Source: Coriobacteriia bacterium (lineage in GTDB: Bacteria > Actinomycetota > Coriobacteriia > Anaerosomatales > Anaerosomataceae). Taken from it: a stretch of 64,000 nt of DNA. Positions 9,843-18,460 of this stretch are shown piece by piece. The notes under the pieces are model-generated. The model was not told where the DNA came from and searched no databases. It worked only from the letters and a program-made list of their open reading frames with translations. The stretch's first letter is position 1. Every line of letters begins with the position of its first letter. Position numbers and translations under genes: made by a program. Where the stretch lies: NCBI GenBank assembly GCA_034399355.1, contig JAXMMT010000032.1, forward strand, positions 3,593-67,592, given 5' to 3'.

Positions 9843-10652
9843 CTAGCGCTTCCTGACCCTCTGTATGAGGTAGAGAAGCTCGGCGTGCAGTTCGGGGTTG
9901 CTGGCGACCACGTGTTGCGTCTCAGGTGTCCAGGCACCCCCGTCGTGATCGGTGATGACTGCTCCGGCCTCACGTAGCGCCACGACACCAGCAGCAGTGT
10001 CCCAGGGCTGCAGGCCAAACTCCCAGAAAGCGTCGGCGCGACCGGTCGCGACGTGACAGCAATCGATAGCTGCGGAACCGTCCCGACGGATACCGTGCAC
10101 CGTGCGCATGACTTCTGAGAAAATTGGCAGCTGCTGCATGAGCAGATTCTCCCGGTCGTAGGGAAAGCCCGTGATGATGAGCGCCTCGGCGATGGTGGGC
10201 GTGGGTGTGCACATTACCCTCACGCCGTCGAGCGTGACGCCGCTGCCGGCGGATGCTGCGATGAGCTCATCGGCCGGCACGTTGTATACGACACCGGCAA
10301 CGGGCTCTCCGGCGCGCAGCAGCGCGACGCTGACTGAATAGCAGGGGAAGCCGTGCACGAAAGATGTCGTGCCGTCGAGTGGGTCGATCACCCATACCTC
10401 GGGGTCGTAGAGAGAGCCTTGCATGATACCGGCGAGGTCGTAGACTTCGGGCTCCTCCACGACAAAACGTGCGCCTTCCAATCGTTCTGCGATGGCCGTG
10501 CAAACAGCGACCCCTGAAGCGATGTCCGCCTCGGTGACCATGTCCAGCCGGTTACTTTTGGTGCGAACCCGGCCTAGATCGCCGACCCGAGCGGCAAGCA
10601 CTGCTCCGCCCGCACGTGCGGCTTCGATTGCACATTCGAGCTGCTGTTTCAC
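9843..10652 (-). CDS. inositol monophosphatase family protein (SuhB-like)
   Basis: Motifs MVTEADIASG, WVIDPLDGTTSF and WDTAAG. Confidence 0.85.
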   Translation of the reverse strand: MKQQLECAIEAARAGGAVLAARVGDLGRVRTKSNRLDMVTEADIASGVAVCTAIAERLEGARFVVEEPEVYDLAGIMQGSLYDPEVWVIDPLDGTTSFVHGFPCYSVSVALLRAGEPVAGVVYNVPADELIAASAGSGVTLDGVRVMCTPTPTIAEALIITGFPYDRENLLMQQLPIFSEVMRTVHGIRRDGSAAIDCCHVATGRADAFWEFGLQPWDTAAGVVALREAGAVITDHDGGAWTPETQHVVASNPELHAELLYLIQRVRKR

Positions 10653-10787
10653 GGCGCTGTCCTCCAGAGTGTTCGGGTATTCTTAGTGTAGCGGTTCGTG
10701 GTCCGGTCAAGAGAGTCCAGGGAGGTACCTGTGGAGTGTCATCGTGGCTCCTTCTCCTCGATGGAGACCTACTCGCTCCTCTACGTG

Positions 10788-10861
10788 TTCACGCGCATGA
10801 TTCACACCGCGCCTTCACGTGTTCTTCACGTGCGCGGAGCAAGATTGAACTGACGGTTCAC
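10788..10861 (+). promoter_or_regulatory. cluster of five TTCAC(G/A) direct repeats upstream of the response regulator gene
   Basis: TTCAC starts at 10788, 10801, 10814, 10825 and 10857 (spacing 13/13/11/32). Two copies read TTCACGTG. Direct repeats at about one helical turn are typical of OmpR/PhoB-family sites. Confidence 0.35.
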
Positions 10862-10871
10862 GGAGTGACGG

Positions 10872-11570
10872 GTGGTGAGACGCGTGCGTCGTGATGTCCT
10901 CGTTGTCGATGACAATGCGAAGATAGTCGAAGTTCTCTCGGCGTATCTGAAAGCCGAGGGTTTCGACGTGCGAACCGCCGAAGACGGCCCTAGTGCGGTG
11001 CGTGCGGTCCAGGAGCGCCGACCAGACATTGCCCTGCTCGACATCATGCTCCCCGATATCGACGGTATCGAACTCACTCGTCGGTTCCAGCGCGACTATG
11101 GGCTGCCGGTGATTCTGGTGACTGCCAAGTCCGACGAAGTCGACCGGCTCATCGGTCTCGAGATCGGGGCGGACGACTACATCTCCAAGCCTTTCAGCCC
11201 GCGTGAGGTGGTCGCGCGTGTCAAAGCGGTGCTACGGCGAATCGAAGGCAGTGCGGCCATCCCCGGCGGCATCATGCGTGTGCGCGACCTTGAGATCGAC
11301 ACAGAGCGTCGGGAGGTGCGTGTGGCGGGCGTGTCTATGGAACTGACCCGCACGGAGTTCGATATCCTCTCGACAATGGCTGCTCATCCCGGACGGGTGT
11401 ACACGCGCCTGCAACTGCTGGAGGCTTCCTCGGGTGATGCGTTCGAGGGCTACGAACGGACGATTGACGCACACGTCAAGAACCTGCGGAAGAAGCTTGG
11501 CGACGATTCGAAGGAACCTCGGTACGTACGCACTGTGTTCGGTGTCGGCTACAAGGTCGATGCCGAATGA
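10872..11570 (+). CDS. OmpR/PhoB-family response regulator
   Basis: Receiver motifs (VLVVDD, LLDIMLPDIDG, SKPF) plus a winged-helix C-terminus (RTIDAHVKNLRKKL, VRTVFGVGYK). GTG start. Confidence 0.9.
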   Translation: MVRRVRRDVLVVDDNAKIVEVLSAYLKAEGFDVRTAEDGPSAVRAVQERRPDIALLDIMLPDIDGIELTRRFQRDYGLPVILVTAKSDEVDRLIGLEIGADDYISKPFSPREVVARVKAVLRRIEGSAAIPGGIMRVRDLEIDTERREVRVAGVSMELTRTEFDILSTMAAHPGRVYTRLQLLEASSGDAFEGYERTIDAHVKNLRKKLGDDSKEPRYVRTVFGVGYKVDAE

Positions 11571-12694
11571 GTGACACGCGAAAGAGGGTTCGCCGCTCGC
11601 TCGTTTGGGTCACGTTCGCGTCCATCGTGGCGGTTGCGCTGGGCTCGATTCTGACGACCGGCCTGATTGCACGTGCGGCACTCTCGTCGGCGTTCACCAG
11701 CTACGTTGAGGGCCTCGAAGGCACTCCAATGAGTCCTGGCAGGGGCATGGGTCGCATGATGCTCGGCAGTGCCGAGCAGGCGTTTTTGAACGCGACAGAC
11801 CAGGGAATCATGGTTTCCGCCCTGATCGGCGTCGCAATCGCGGCGGTTGCTGCGATCCTACTGGCGCGTTTTCTCGCCCGGCCGGTGCGTCGGCTCACGG
11901 CGGGCGCACAAGCGTTGGCGGCGGGTAATCTCGAGCACCGGGTGACGCCGGAAGGCCCCGGTGAGCTGCAGGACCTTGCGGTGGCGTTCAATGAAATGGC
12001 CGGCACGCTCGAGGAGGGCGAGGGCCTACGCAGACGCCTGGTAAGTGACGTCGCTCACGAACTCCGTAATCCCATCGCAGCGCTGCGGGCGCAGGCTGAA
12101 GGCGTTGCCGAGGGCGTGTTGCCCCTGGACGATGCGCGGTTGGCTTCGATCGTCGACGACGTTGCACACTTGTCGCATCTCGTAGACGACCTCCAGGAGC
12201 TCTCGGTGGCGGAGGCTGGACGCTTACGCTATGACATCGCCACGCTCGACGTCTGTGAGCTCGTGCGGCGAGAGGTCGAGCGCGCGGAGGCACTGGTCGC
12301 AGATGGCGTGACGTTGTCGGCCGAGTGTCTCGCTGAACCGCTTCTTGCGCAGGCGGACGAAAGGCGGATCGCGCAGGTGTTGCGGAACCTTCTCGCCAAT
12401 GCGACGAGGCACACGACGTCCGGTGCTATCACGGTTTCCGTCTCGGCAGAGGATGAGCTTGTGCGCGTAGCAGTTGTGGACACCGGCGAGGGTATTCCTG
12501 AGGCGGACGTTCCCTACGTGTTCGAGCGTTTCTACCGCTCGGATGCGGCGAGGGCGGCGGGGACCGGCGGCAGCGGACTTGGACTCGCTATCTCGAGACG
12601 TATCGTGGATGACCATGGGGGACGGGTGTTCGCCGAGCGCAACGAGTATGGCGGCGCCACGGTCGGCTTCGAACTGCCGCGTCTCGGCACTTAG
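11567..12694 (+). CDS. sensor histidine kinase (2 TM, HAMP, HisKA, HATPase_c)
   Basis: H-box HELRNPIAAL, N-box LRNLLANATRHT, G-boxes DTGEGIP and GGSGLGLAI. ATGA overlap with the response regulator stop. Confidence 0.9.
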   Translation: MSDTRKRVRRSLVWVTFASIVAVALGSILTTGLIARAALSSAFTSYVEGLEGTPMSPGRGMGRMMLGSAEQAFLNATDQGIMVSALIGVAIAAVAAILLARFLARPVRRLTAGAQALAAGNLEHRVTPEGPGELQDLAVAFNEMAGTLEEGEGLRRRLVSDVAHELRNPIAALRAQAEGVAEGVLPLDDARLASIVDDVAHLSHLVDDLQELSVAEAGRLRYDIATLDVCELVRREVERAEALVADGVTLSAECLAEPLLAQADERRIAQVLRNLLANATRHTTSGAITVSVSAEDELVRVAVVDTGEGIPEADVPYVFERFYRSDAARAAGTGGSGLGLAISRRIVDDHGGRVFAERNEYGGATVGFELPRLGT

Positions 12695-13263
12695 TGCGTG
12701 CGGCGCTTATCGCGCATCTCTTCGTAGGCCGTCCGCACCGCCTCGAAGAACGGTTCCGCATTGGCGTCGATCACTTCATCAAAGGGGATACCGCGCTCGT
12801 CAAGCAGCGTGAGTGTGGCCGCGACCGCACGGGGCACTGCGGCCTCCACGGGAGCGGATAGCCCAACGGTCAGCTCCTGCGGACTCATGTCCTGCACCTG
12901 GATGCCCACGCACTCCGCGTCCAGCTCGATGCCGATAAGACGGGCGGAATTCAGCACATCCACGAAGCGGACGTCGTGTAGGCCGTGGAAGACCTGGTTG
13001 GGGCTGAAGTCTTCGGGTGACACTCTCACGACGGTGCCTGCCGGCTCGTCTGTTCCGTCGATGGCGTCGATGATGAGCAGGAAGTCCAGTCCTCGGAAGA
13101 GGCTTATCATTCCCAGGCCCATCGTGCCTGCGTCCACGAGTTCGGTTCCCTCGGCGAAGGCGTAGTGCTCGTCCAGTTTCTCAAGGACGCGGACGCCGAC
13201 ACCCTCGTCGAGCATGAGGGGATTGCCGATACCGAGCACGAGTACACGTTCAGGCGCGGACAT
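12691..13263 (-). CDS. hydrogenase maturation endopeptidase (HyaD/HybD family)
   Basis: VLVLGIGNPLMLDEGVG, LLIIDAID and FHGLHD are the metal-ligand motifs of the large-subunit C-terminal protease. Confidence 0.85.
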   Translation of the reverse strand: MSAPERVLVLGIGNPLMLDEGVGVRVLEKLDEHYAFAEGTELVDAGTMGLGMISLFRGLDFLLIIDAIDGTDEPAGTVVRVSPEDFSPNQVFHGLHDVRFVDVLNSARLIGIELDAECVGIQVQDMSPQELTVGLSAPVEAAVPRAVAATLTLLDERGIPFDEVIDANAEPFFEAVRTAYEEMRDKRRTH

Positions 13264-13357
13264 GAGAAGCCTTTCTAATCGCGGATATCCTGGAACAGAA
13301 GCGTAGGGCCTTGAAGGCGATGCTCCAAGACCCTACGTCCTCTGAACCGGGCTACAT

Positions 13358-14005
13358 CTAGTGCTTGCTCCCCGGCAAGGTCTCCTTCCAAAGGAAGATG
13401 ATCTTGCTCGGAGCGAAGTTGTAGATGTTTGCCAGGTAGGCGTGGACCATCGTGAACAGGATGAACACCCACATACCAAAGTAGTGGATGATCCGCATGT
13501 TCATCGGACCGCCGACCAGGGTGGTACCAGCTGCGAGGAAACTTGCGTCCGCGAACGGAGCGTAAATCGCAAAGCCGGTATAGGCCTGGATGAACGTCAG
13601 CGGCACGGTCGCCAGATATGCGATCTTCTGGAGCGAACCATACTTGCCCGAGATGACGCCTTCCTTGCGGAAGAACAGGTAGTACTTGAGCGTCTCAACC
13701 AGCTGATGACGGTTCTCGGCCTGCGGTAGCCAGTTCTTGATGTCGGTGTCGACCTCGCGGGTCCCCAGCTGGTTCGCAGTCTTCACGAAGAAGGCGGCGA
13801 CGATGCGGAAGACGAGGTTGATGAGGATGACATACATCGCGACGAAGTGCATGCCGCGGGCTACACCCATAAACCCGGCAGAGAAGAACGGGAAGTGGAT
13901 GTAGAAGCCCGAGAACGCGAGCATCACCATACAGATCAGGTTGATCCAGTGGGTGATGACGAACACCAGCGGATGTGCCTCACGGTAGTGTGTGTGAGAA
14001 CCCAT
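13358..14005 (-). CDS. Ni/Fe-hydrogenase b-type cytochrome subunit
   Basis: 215 aa with 4 TM segments and His-containing helices (HPLVFVITHWINL). Its start abuts the corrected stop of the large subunit. Confidence 0.8.
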   Translation of the reverse strand: MGSHTHYREAHPLVFVITHWINLICMVMLAFSGFYIHFPFFSAGFMGVARGMHFVAMYVILINLVFRIVAAFFVKTANQLGTREVDTDIKNWLPQAENRHQLVETLKYYLFFRKEGVISGKYGSLQKIAYLATVPLTFIQAYTGFAIYAPFADASFLAAGTTLVGGPMNMRIIHYFGMWVFILFTMVHAYLANIYNFAPSKIIFLWKETLPGSKH

Positions 14006-15682
14006 CTACATCACCCCCATCGGAGACGACATCACAGTGCTCTCCTTGCCGGTCTTTGTGTCCACCACGTGGACAGCACAGCCGATTCAAGGATCGAAGC
14101 TGTGTGCGATGCGAAGCATCTCAAGCGGCCGCTCGACATCGAAGACCGGCGTGCCGACGAGTGCCTCCTCCATCGGGCCGCGGACACCAGCGGCGTCACG
14201 GGGCGCGATGTTCCAGGTGGTCGGTGCGACGACCTGGTAGCCCTTGATCTTGTTGTCCTTGACGTCGATCCAGTGACCAACAGAGCCACGAGGTGCTTCC
14301 CAGAGTCCTGAGCCGGCGCCGTCGAAGGTCTCGCGGGCCTTGAAGAACTCGGAGTCGCCACCCTTGATGCCTCCGACAAGCTCGCCGACCCACATGAGCG
14401 CGAGATCGGCGACGTAGGCTGCCTCAAGGTTGCGAGCGGCGACGCGGCCGAGCAGCGACACCAGGATCTCTGGCTTGCCGCCAACGCCGAGTGCCTCGAG
14501 TGTGAGGTCGATGAGGGCCTTGGGGGTGCGGATCGATCCTGCCGCCGCGTCGGGGACGAGGTTCTTGCCGCCTGCCTCATACACGTAGGCTGCGACCATG
14601 CGTGCAAGGGGTCCGACCTCGGCCGGCTTCTCCTTGCAGCGTGCAGCTTTGCCGTAGGAGTACTTGTCGTTCGTGTCGTACGCCGTGAACGCGACTTTCG
14701 TCTCGCCCTTGGAGGGGTTGAGTCCGTTACCGGAGTCGTACCATGAGTGGTCGACGTACTCGGTGACATCGTCGGGGCCGACTTCTTCGGCCTTGAGACC
14801 GCCGGTTACAAAACCACGGGGCAGGAAGCGGTTGTACGGATCCCGATCTGCAGCTTCGAAAACACCCCAGCTCAGGAAGTTACCACAGCCTCCGCCATAT
14901 CCTGCGGTATCCAGGATGAACGGTGCGATGGCGAGGGTGTCCGGGATGAGCGCAGTGTCGATGAACTCCTTCACTCTGATGAAGTTGAAGAGGATGTCAT
15001 CGAGCTTCTGCTCGGTAGGCACGAATGCTGTGCCGCCCGGAACCGACGTCATCGGGTGCGGGAACTTGCCGCCGATAACAGCCACGATCTCGTTGGCCAC
15101 AGCTTGCATCTCGAGAGCCTCGAGGTAGTGGGCCGTAGCGATGAGGTCGAGCTCCGGCGGAAGTACGTAGCCGGGGTGGTCCCAGTAGTGACCGCCCAAA
15201 AACGACAGCTGGCCGTTCTCGGCGAACGCGGTCAGGCGCTTGGCGATCGCGCCGAAGTCCGCAACACGGGTGCCGGCGGCCTGCGCAAGAGCGTAGGTGT
15301 CGGCGATGTTGGCGGAAAGGGCGTTTATCGGACTCACGTAGTCGAGAGCCGCCAGCGTGTAGAACCACAGGATGTGACTGTGCAGATACTGCGCGGCCTC
15401 AAGTAGGTTGCGGATGATACGGGCGTTGTTCGGGATGGCGATGCCGAGCGCGGCTTCGGTGGAAAGCGAAGACGCGTGGCTGTGCGAGATAGGACAGACA
15501 CCACAGATGCGCTGAGTGACATAGAATGCGTCCTCAGGCTGACGGTCAAGCATGACCGTCTCCATGCCGCGGTAGAGCGTTCCGGAGACCCAGGCGTCTT
15601 TGACGACACCATCCGTGACTTCACACTCGACGCGAAGGTGACCTTCGATTCGGGTGACAGGGTCGATGACTGCGCGTGCCAC
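14006..15682 (-). CDS. [NiFeSe] hydrogenase large subunit (selenocysteine at TGA 14087-14089; true stop TAG 14006-14008)
   Basis: N-terminal Ni-ligand motif RICGVCPISH. The track ORF ends at HSFDP followed by TGA. Read-through gives U-IGCAVH followed by a 20-aa tail and then TAG. A hairpin sits 11 nt after the UGA. Confidence 0.85.
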
Positions 15683-16896
15683 TATTTATCGCCTCCCTTC
15701 TTCGCGAGACGCTTACGGTCGTGCTTCTTCATGTCCTCCATGGGAGGCCCGTCGCCTACACGACCGGCGGCCTTCATGCCAAGACCGTGCGCTACGAGCG
15801 CTGCCGCGGCGACGCCGCCGACGACTGCGCCAACGGTGCCGGGCTGGACGTTGCCGAGCGCATCGCCCATCTGCATGTCGGAGAGCCTCTTGAAGAACGG
15901 AGCGTTGTTGTCGACCCAGTTCAGGCCGCCACAACCGATGCAGGGGCTGCCTGCTTCGACACACCAACTGGTCCGGCGGTTCCACCGCACGATTGGGCAG
16001 TTGGTGAACGTCTGCGGACCCTTGCAGCCCATTTTGTAGAGGCAATAACCCTTGGCCTCTTCAGCGCTGCCGAACTCGGTGACGAACTCACCGTTCTCAA
16101 AGTGGCCGCGGCGCGGGCAGTTGTCGTGAATGCTCTGGCCGAAGATACCCTTCGGCATGAGCAGATCGACATCGCCGTACTTGCGGTCGGTGTAAGAGCG
16201 GGTGATCCACTCGGTCTTCTCCACGAATGCGTTGACGTCGCGGTCGGCGACCAGCAGCAGCTGGACGACCATGGCCACGATCCACTCGGGGTTGACCGGG
16301 CAGCTGGGCAGGTTGACGACAGGGGTCTTGATCTTCTCGTGGTTCAACCACGCCTGGACGCCTGTGGCCTCGGCAGGGTTGGGGTAACCATAGACCCATC
16401 CGCCGTCCACCGCACATGATCCCACTGCGATGATAGCCGCAGCACCTGCAGCGGCCTCAGACAGGATTTCCGTGCCTTTCTTGCCGGCCACGAGCAGGGT
16501 GTTCCCATCCTGGCCGGTCATGACGGAGCCTTCGTAGATGACGATGTAGCCGCCCTTGGCGATCGTCTCTTCTATGTTCTTCTCCGCTTGCTCGCCCGCA
16601 GCAGCCATGATCGTCTCGAAGTAGTTGATCGAAAGGTAGTCGAGAACGATCGTCGCAACGTCGGGGGAGTCCACCTGTGCGATGGACTCGGTACAGCCGG
16701 TGCAAGATCCACCGTTCAGCCATAGAGCGGGCATCAGCTTGGGTGCCCCTTCGAGAGCTGCGGCAATCTGAGGTGCCATCGTTTCGGACAACCCGAGTGC
16801 CGCGGCAACGCTGCCGCAATACTTCAGGAAATCGCGACGGGTAACGCCGCGGACCGCGAGCAGGTCGTGCAGCGCGTTGTGCCCCTCATGCGCCAT
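15682..16896 (-). CDS. [NiFe]-type hydrogenase small subunit, Tat-exported, C-terminal membrane anchor
   Basis: Twin-arginine signal TRRDFLKYCGS, FeS Cys clusters and a C-terminal hydrophobic helix. Start set to ATG 16896, which has AGGAGG 9 nt upstream; the track start GTG 16905 is too close to the RBS. Confidence 0.9.
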   Translation of the reverse strand: MAHEGHNALHDLLAVRGVTRRDFLKYCGSVAAALGLSETMAPQIAAALEGAPKLMPALWLNGGSCTGCTESIAQVDSPDVATIVLDYLSINYFETIMAAAGEQAEKNIEETIAKGGYIVIYEGSVMTGQDGNTLLVAGKKGTEILSEAAAGAAAIIAVGSCAVDGGWVYGYPNPAEATGVQAWLNHEKIKTPVVNLPSCPVNPEWIVAMVVQLLLVADRDVNAFVEKTEWITRSYTDRKYGDVDLLMPKGIFGQSIHDNCPRRGHFENGEFVTEFGSAEEAKGYCLYKMGCKGPQTFTNCPIVRWNRRTSWCVEAGSPCIGCGGLNWVDNNAPFFKRLSDMQMGDALGNVQPGTVGAVVGGVAAAALVAHGLGMKAAGRVGDGPPMEDMKKHDRKRLAKKGGDK

Positions 16897-17374
16897 GCCA
16901 TACACCTCCTTGGTGTCATAACGGTACCTACAGTGCAGGTAAAGACTGTGGTCGCCGGGCCCTATTGCCCGACTATCGAGCGCGCATTCCTCCTTCCTGG
17001 ATCTCGATGTGATTCCTTATCGCCTTGAGCGGGATCATCACGACAGTAGACCGGCTCTGTGTCGCGGGCCCGAGGCTAACGTGGAGAGACGGGCGCGTGG
17101 TGACGCATTCGCGGCCCCGGGAACGGGTGATGACGGCGGGGAAGGAGGCAGGTCGCAGTGTCTGCGACAAATCTTGGGGCAGGCCTGCCCCAAGGGGAGT
17201 TCGAGTGTTGATCGCGCAAGACCCTGTGAGGGAGACGTAAGCAGCAACGCTCTCTCGGTACGCATGACCGGGTCGGTCATCGCGCTCCAGTTCCTCGTCT
17301 GCCAGGGTCGGCCATCGCCGACGTACTTCCACAGCCCTCTCGGCTCCTTATTGTGAACCCGCTAACAGAATGAT

Positions 17375-17437
17375 GTATCAGCACGTGGCCATAGTGTATC
17401 AGCACGTGACCATAGTGTGACAGTACGTGACCATAAA
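17375..17437. repeat. three tandem 21-bp direct repeats with ACGTG core
   Basis: Units are gtatcagcacgtggccatagt, gtatcagcacgtgaccatagt and gtgacagtacgtgaccataaa. Adjacent units are 20/21 and 16/21 identical. Head-to-tail with no spacers. Confidence 0.9.
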
Positions 17438-17565
17438 AACGGGACGCTGTTCGCGTGGAAGAATTCTCGGTCCGACTGCAGCGATCTGCTGTCTTCAAGC
17501 CAGAAGGCGATAGTCAGCAGGAATCGGGGGTCGAACGACTAATCTGTACAGGAGGGTTAGGATGG

Positions 17566-17877
17566 GTGAAAGAACTCGGCGCAGGAGACCTCCTCAGCAC
17601 ACGCGAAGGTGACAGCTTGAGCAACGCAGCGAACGGTCTGGTCATGGATTTGCGAGGGCTGACTCCCGCGATGAGGAGACCGGTCGTGTTTGCCGTGGTC
17701 GACAAGATGCTAGAGACCGACTGTCACGACAGTATCGTCATCATCTGTGATCACGATCCGTCAGGTCTGGGGTATCAGCTCGATCTCAGGCGCGAGACGC
17801 GCGGCTGCTTCGAGTTCGACACGAACCAGCGACTTGACGGCGCCTGGGTGGCGTTGATCCGAAGGCGTATGCTCTAG
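17566..17877 (+). CDS. DUF2249 domain protein
   Basis: C-terminal 75 aa (MDLRGLTPAMRRPVVFAVVDKM...ICDHDPSGLGYQL...GAWVALIRR) matches the DUF2249 pattern. Start is uncertain: GTG 17566 has an AGGAGGG RBS, ATG 17644 would give the minimal domain, and the track start is 17455. Confidence 0.6.
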   Translation: MKELGAGDLLSTREGDSLSNAANGLVMDLRGLTPAMRRPVVFAVVDKMLETDCHDSIVIICDHDPSGLGYQLDLRRETRGCFEFDTNQRLDGAWVALIRRRML

Positions 17878-18239
17878 TCAGTGGCCAGGTGAGGTAGCAG
17901 CTCTGCCAAGTCGAAGAGATCGCCGCGGTAGTCCGCTACGGCAACAGGGTCAGGCCCCACGTAGAACGTCCTCATCCCCGTGTCGGCGGCAGGCATGTCG
18001 AGGAACCGGTCATCGCCGACCATCAGACACTCCGTCGGGTCGGCGCCAACCATCTCCGCGGTTTGTGTGAAGTACTCAGGCAAGGGCTTGCATGCGCGCA
18101 TGGTCTCGTAGCTGGTTACAACGCTCAGACCAAGGTCGTCGAGACCGGCCCAGGCGATGCGGTGTTCCACCGCTGCCTTCGGGAAGATGGGGTTCGTGGC
18201 GACAGCTACGCGCAGTCCGAGAGAGAGGGCGGTCTCCAC
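17874..18239 (-). pseudogene. HAD-superfamily hydrolase lacking the N-terminal motif I region (truncated gene or remnant)
   Basis: Motif II/III/IV region is present (RVAVATNP, KPLPEYF, MVGDD). The frame stays open and HAD-like upstream to a stop at 18345-18347, but has no start codon and no DxDxT motif. Confidence 0.45.
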
Positions 18240-18345
18240 GGCCGATCGGGCACCTGGCTTTGGACCGTAGTCGCAACCGAGTGTCGGGAAGACGTATGCA
18301 CGTACGTACGTCCTGCGAATGATACCCGAGGAAGGTTGCGTGTTT

Positions 18346-18390
18346 CACGAAGGGTGGCGGGTTTCAAACCCGCCACCCTTCGTGTTTACT
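18346..18390 (+). terminator. very strong hairpin plus T-rich tail (plus-strand intrinsic terminator)
   Basis: 18-bp perfect stem CACGAAGGGTGGCGGGTT / AACCCGCCACCCTTCGTG with a 3-nt loop, followed by TTTACTTAAT. Confidence 0.6.
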
Positions 18391-18460
18391 TAATAGTGCG
18401 GCGCCACAGCACGGCGCTGTGGGTCTTGAGCCGGACCTGAAACGCACCGATAAGGAAGCC

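Noticed and set aside
12691-12694. Convergent gene pairs whose stop codons overlap, with no terminator between them: HK/hyaD at 12691-12694, DUF2249/HAD at 17874-17877 and cytochrome b5/rlmD at 19980-19983.
   Set aside because: This is common in compact genomes. No additional structure or conserved motif is seen at these junctions.
16906-17374. Whether the ORF-free DNA next to the selenoprotein hydrogenase hides tRNA-Sec (selC).
   Set aside because: There is no UCA anticodon loop in a long-armed cloverleaf and no GGTTCGA-type T-loop with complementary flanks. The hairpins present are simple palindromes.
17375-17437. Whether the 21-bp repeats could be a CRISPR array.
   Set aside because: The repeats are contiguous with no spacers, there are only three units, and no cas genes lie in the window.
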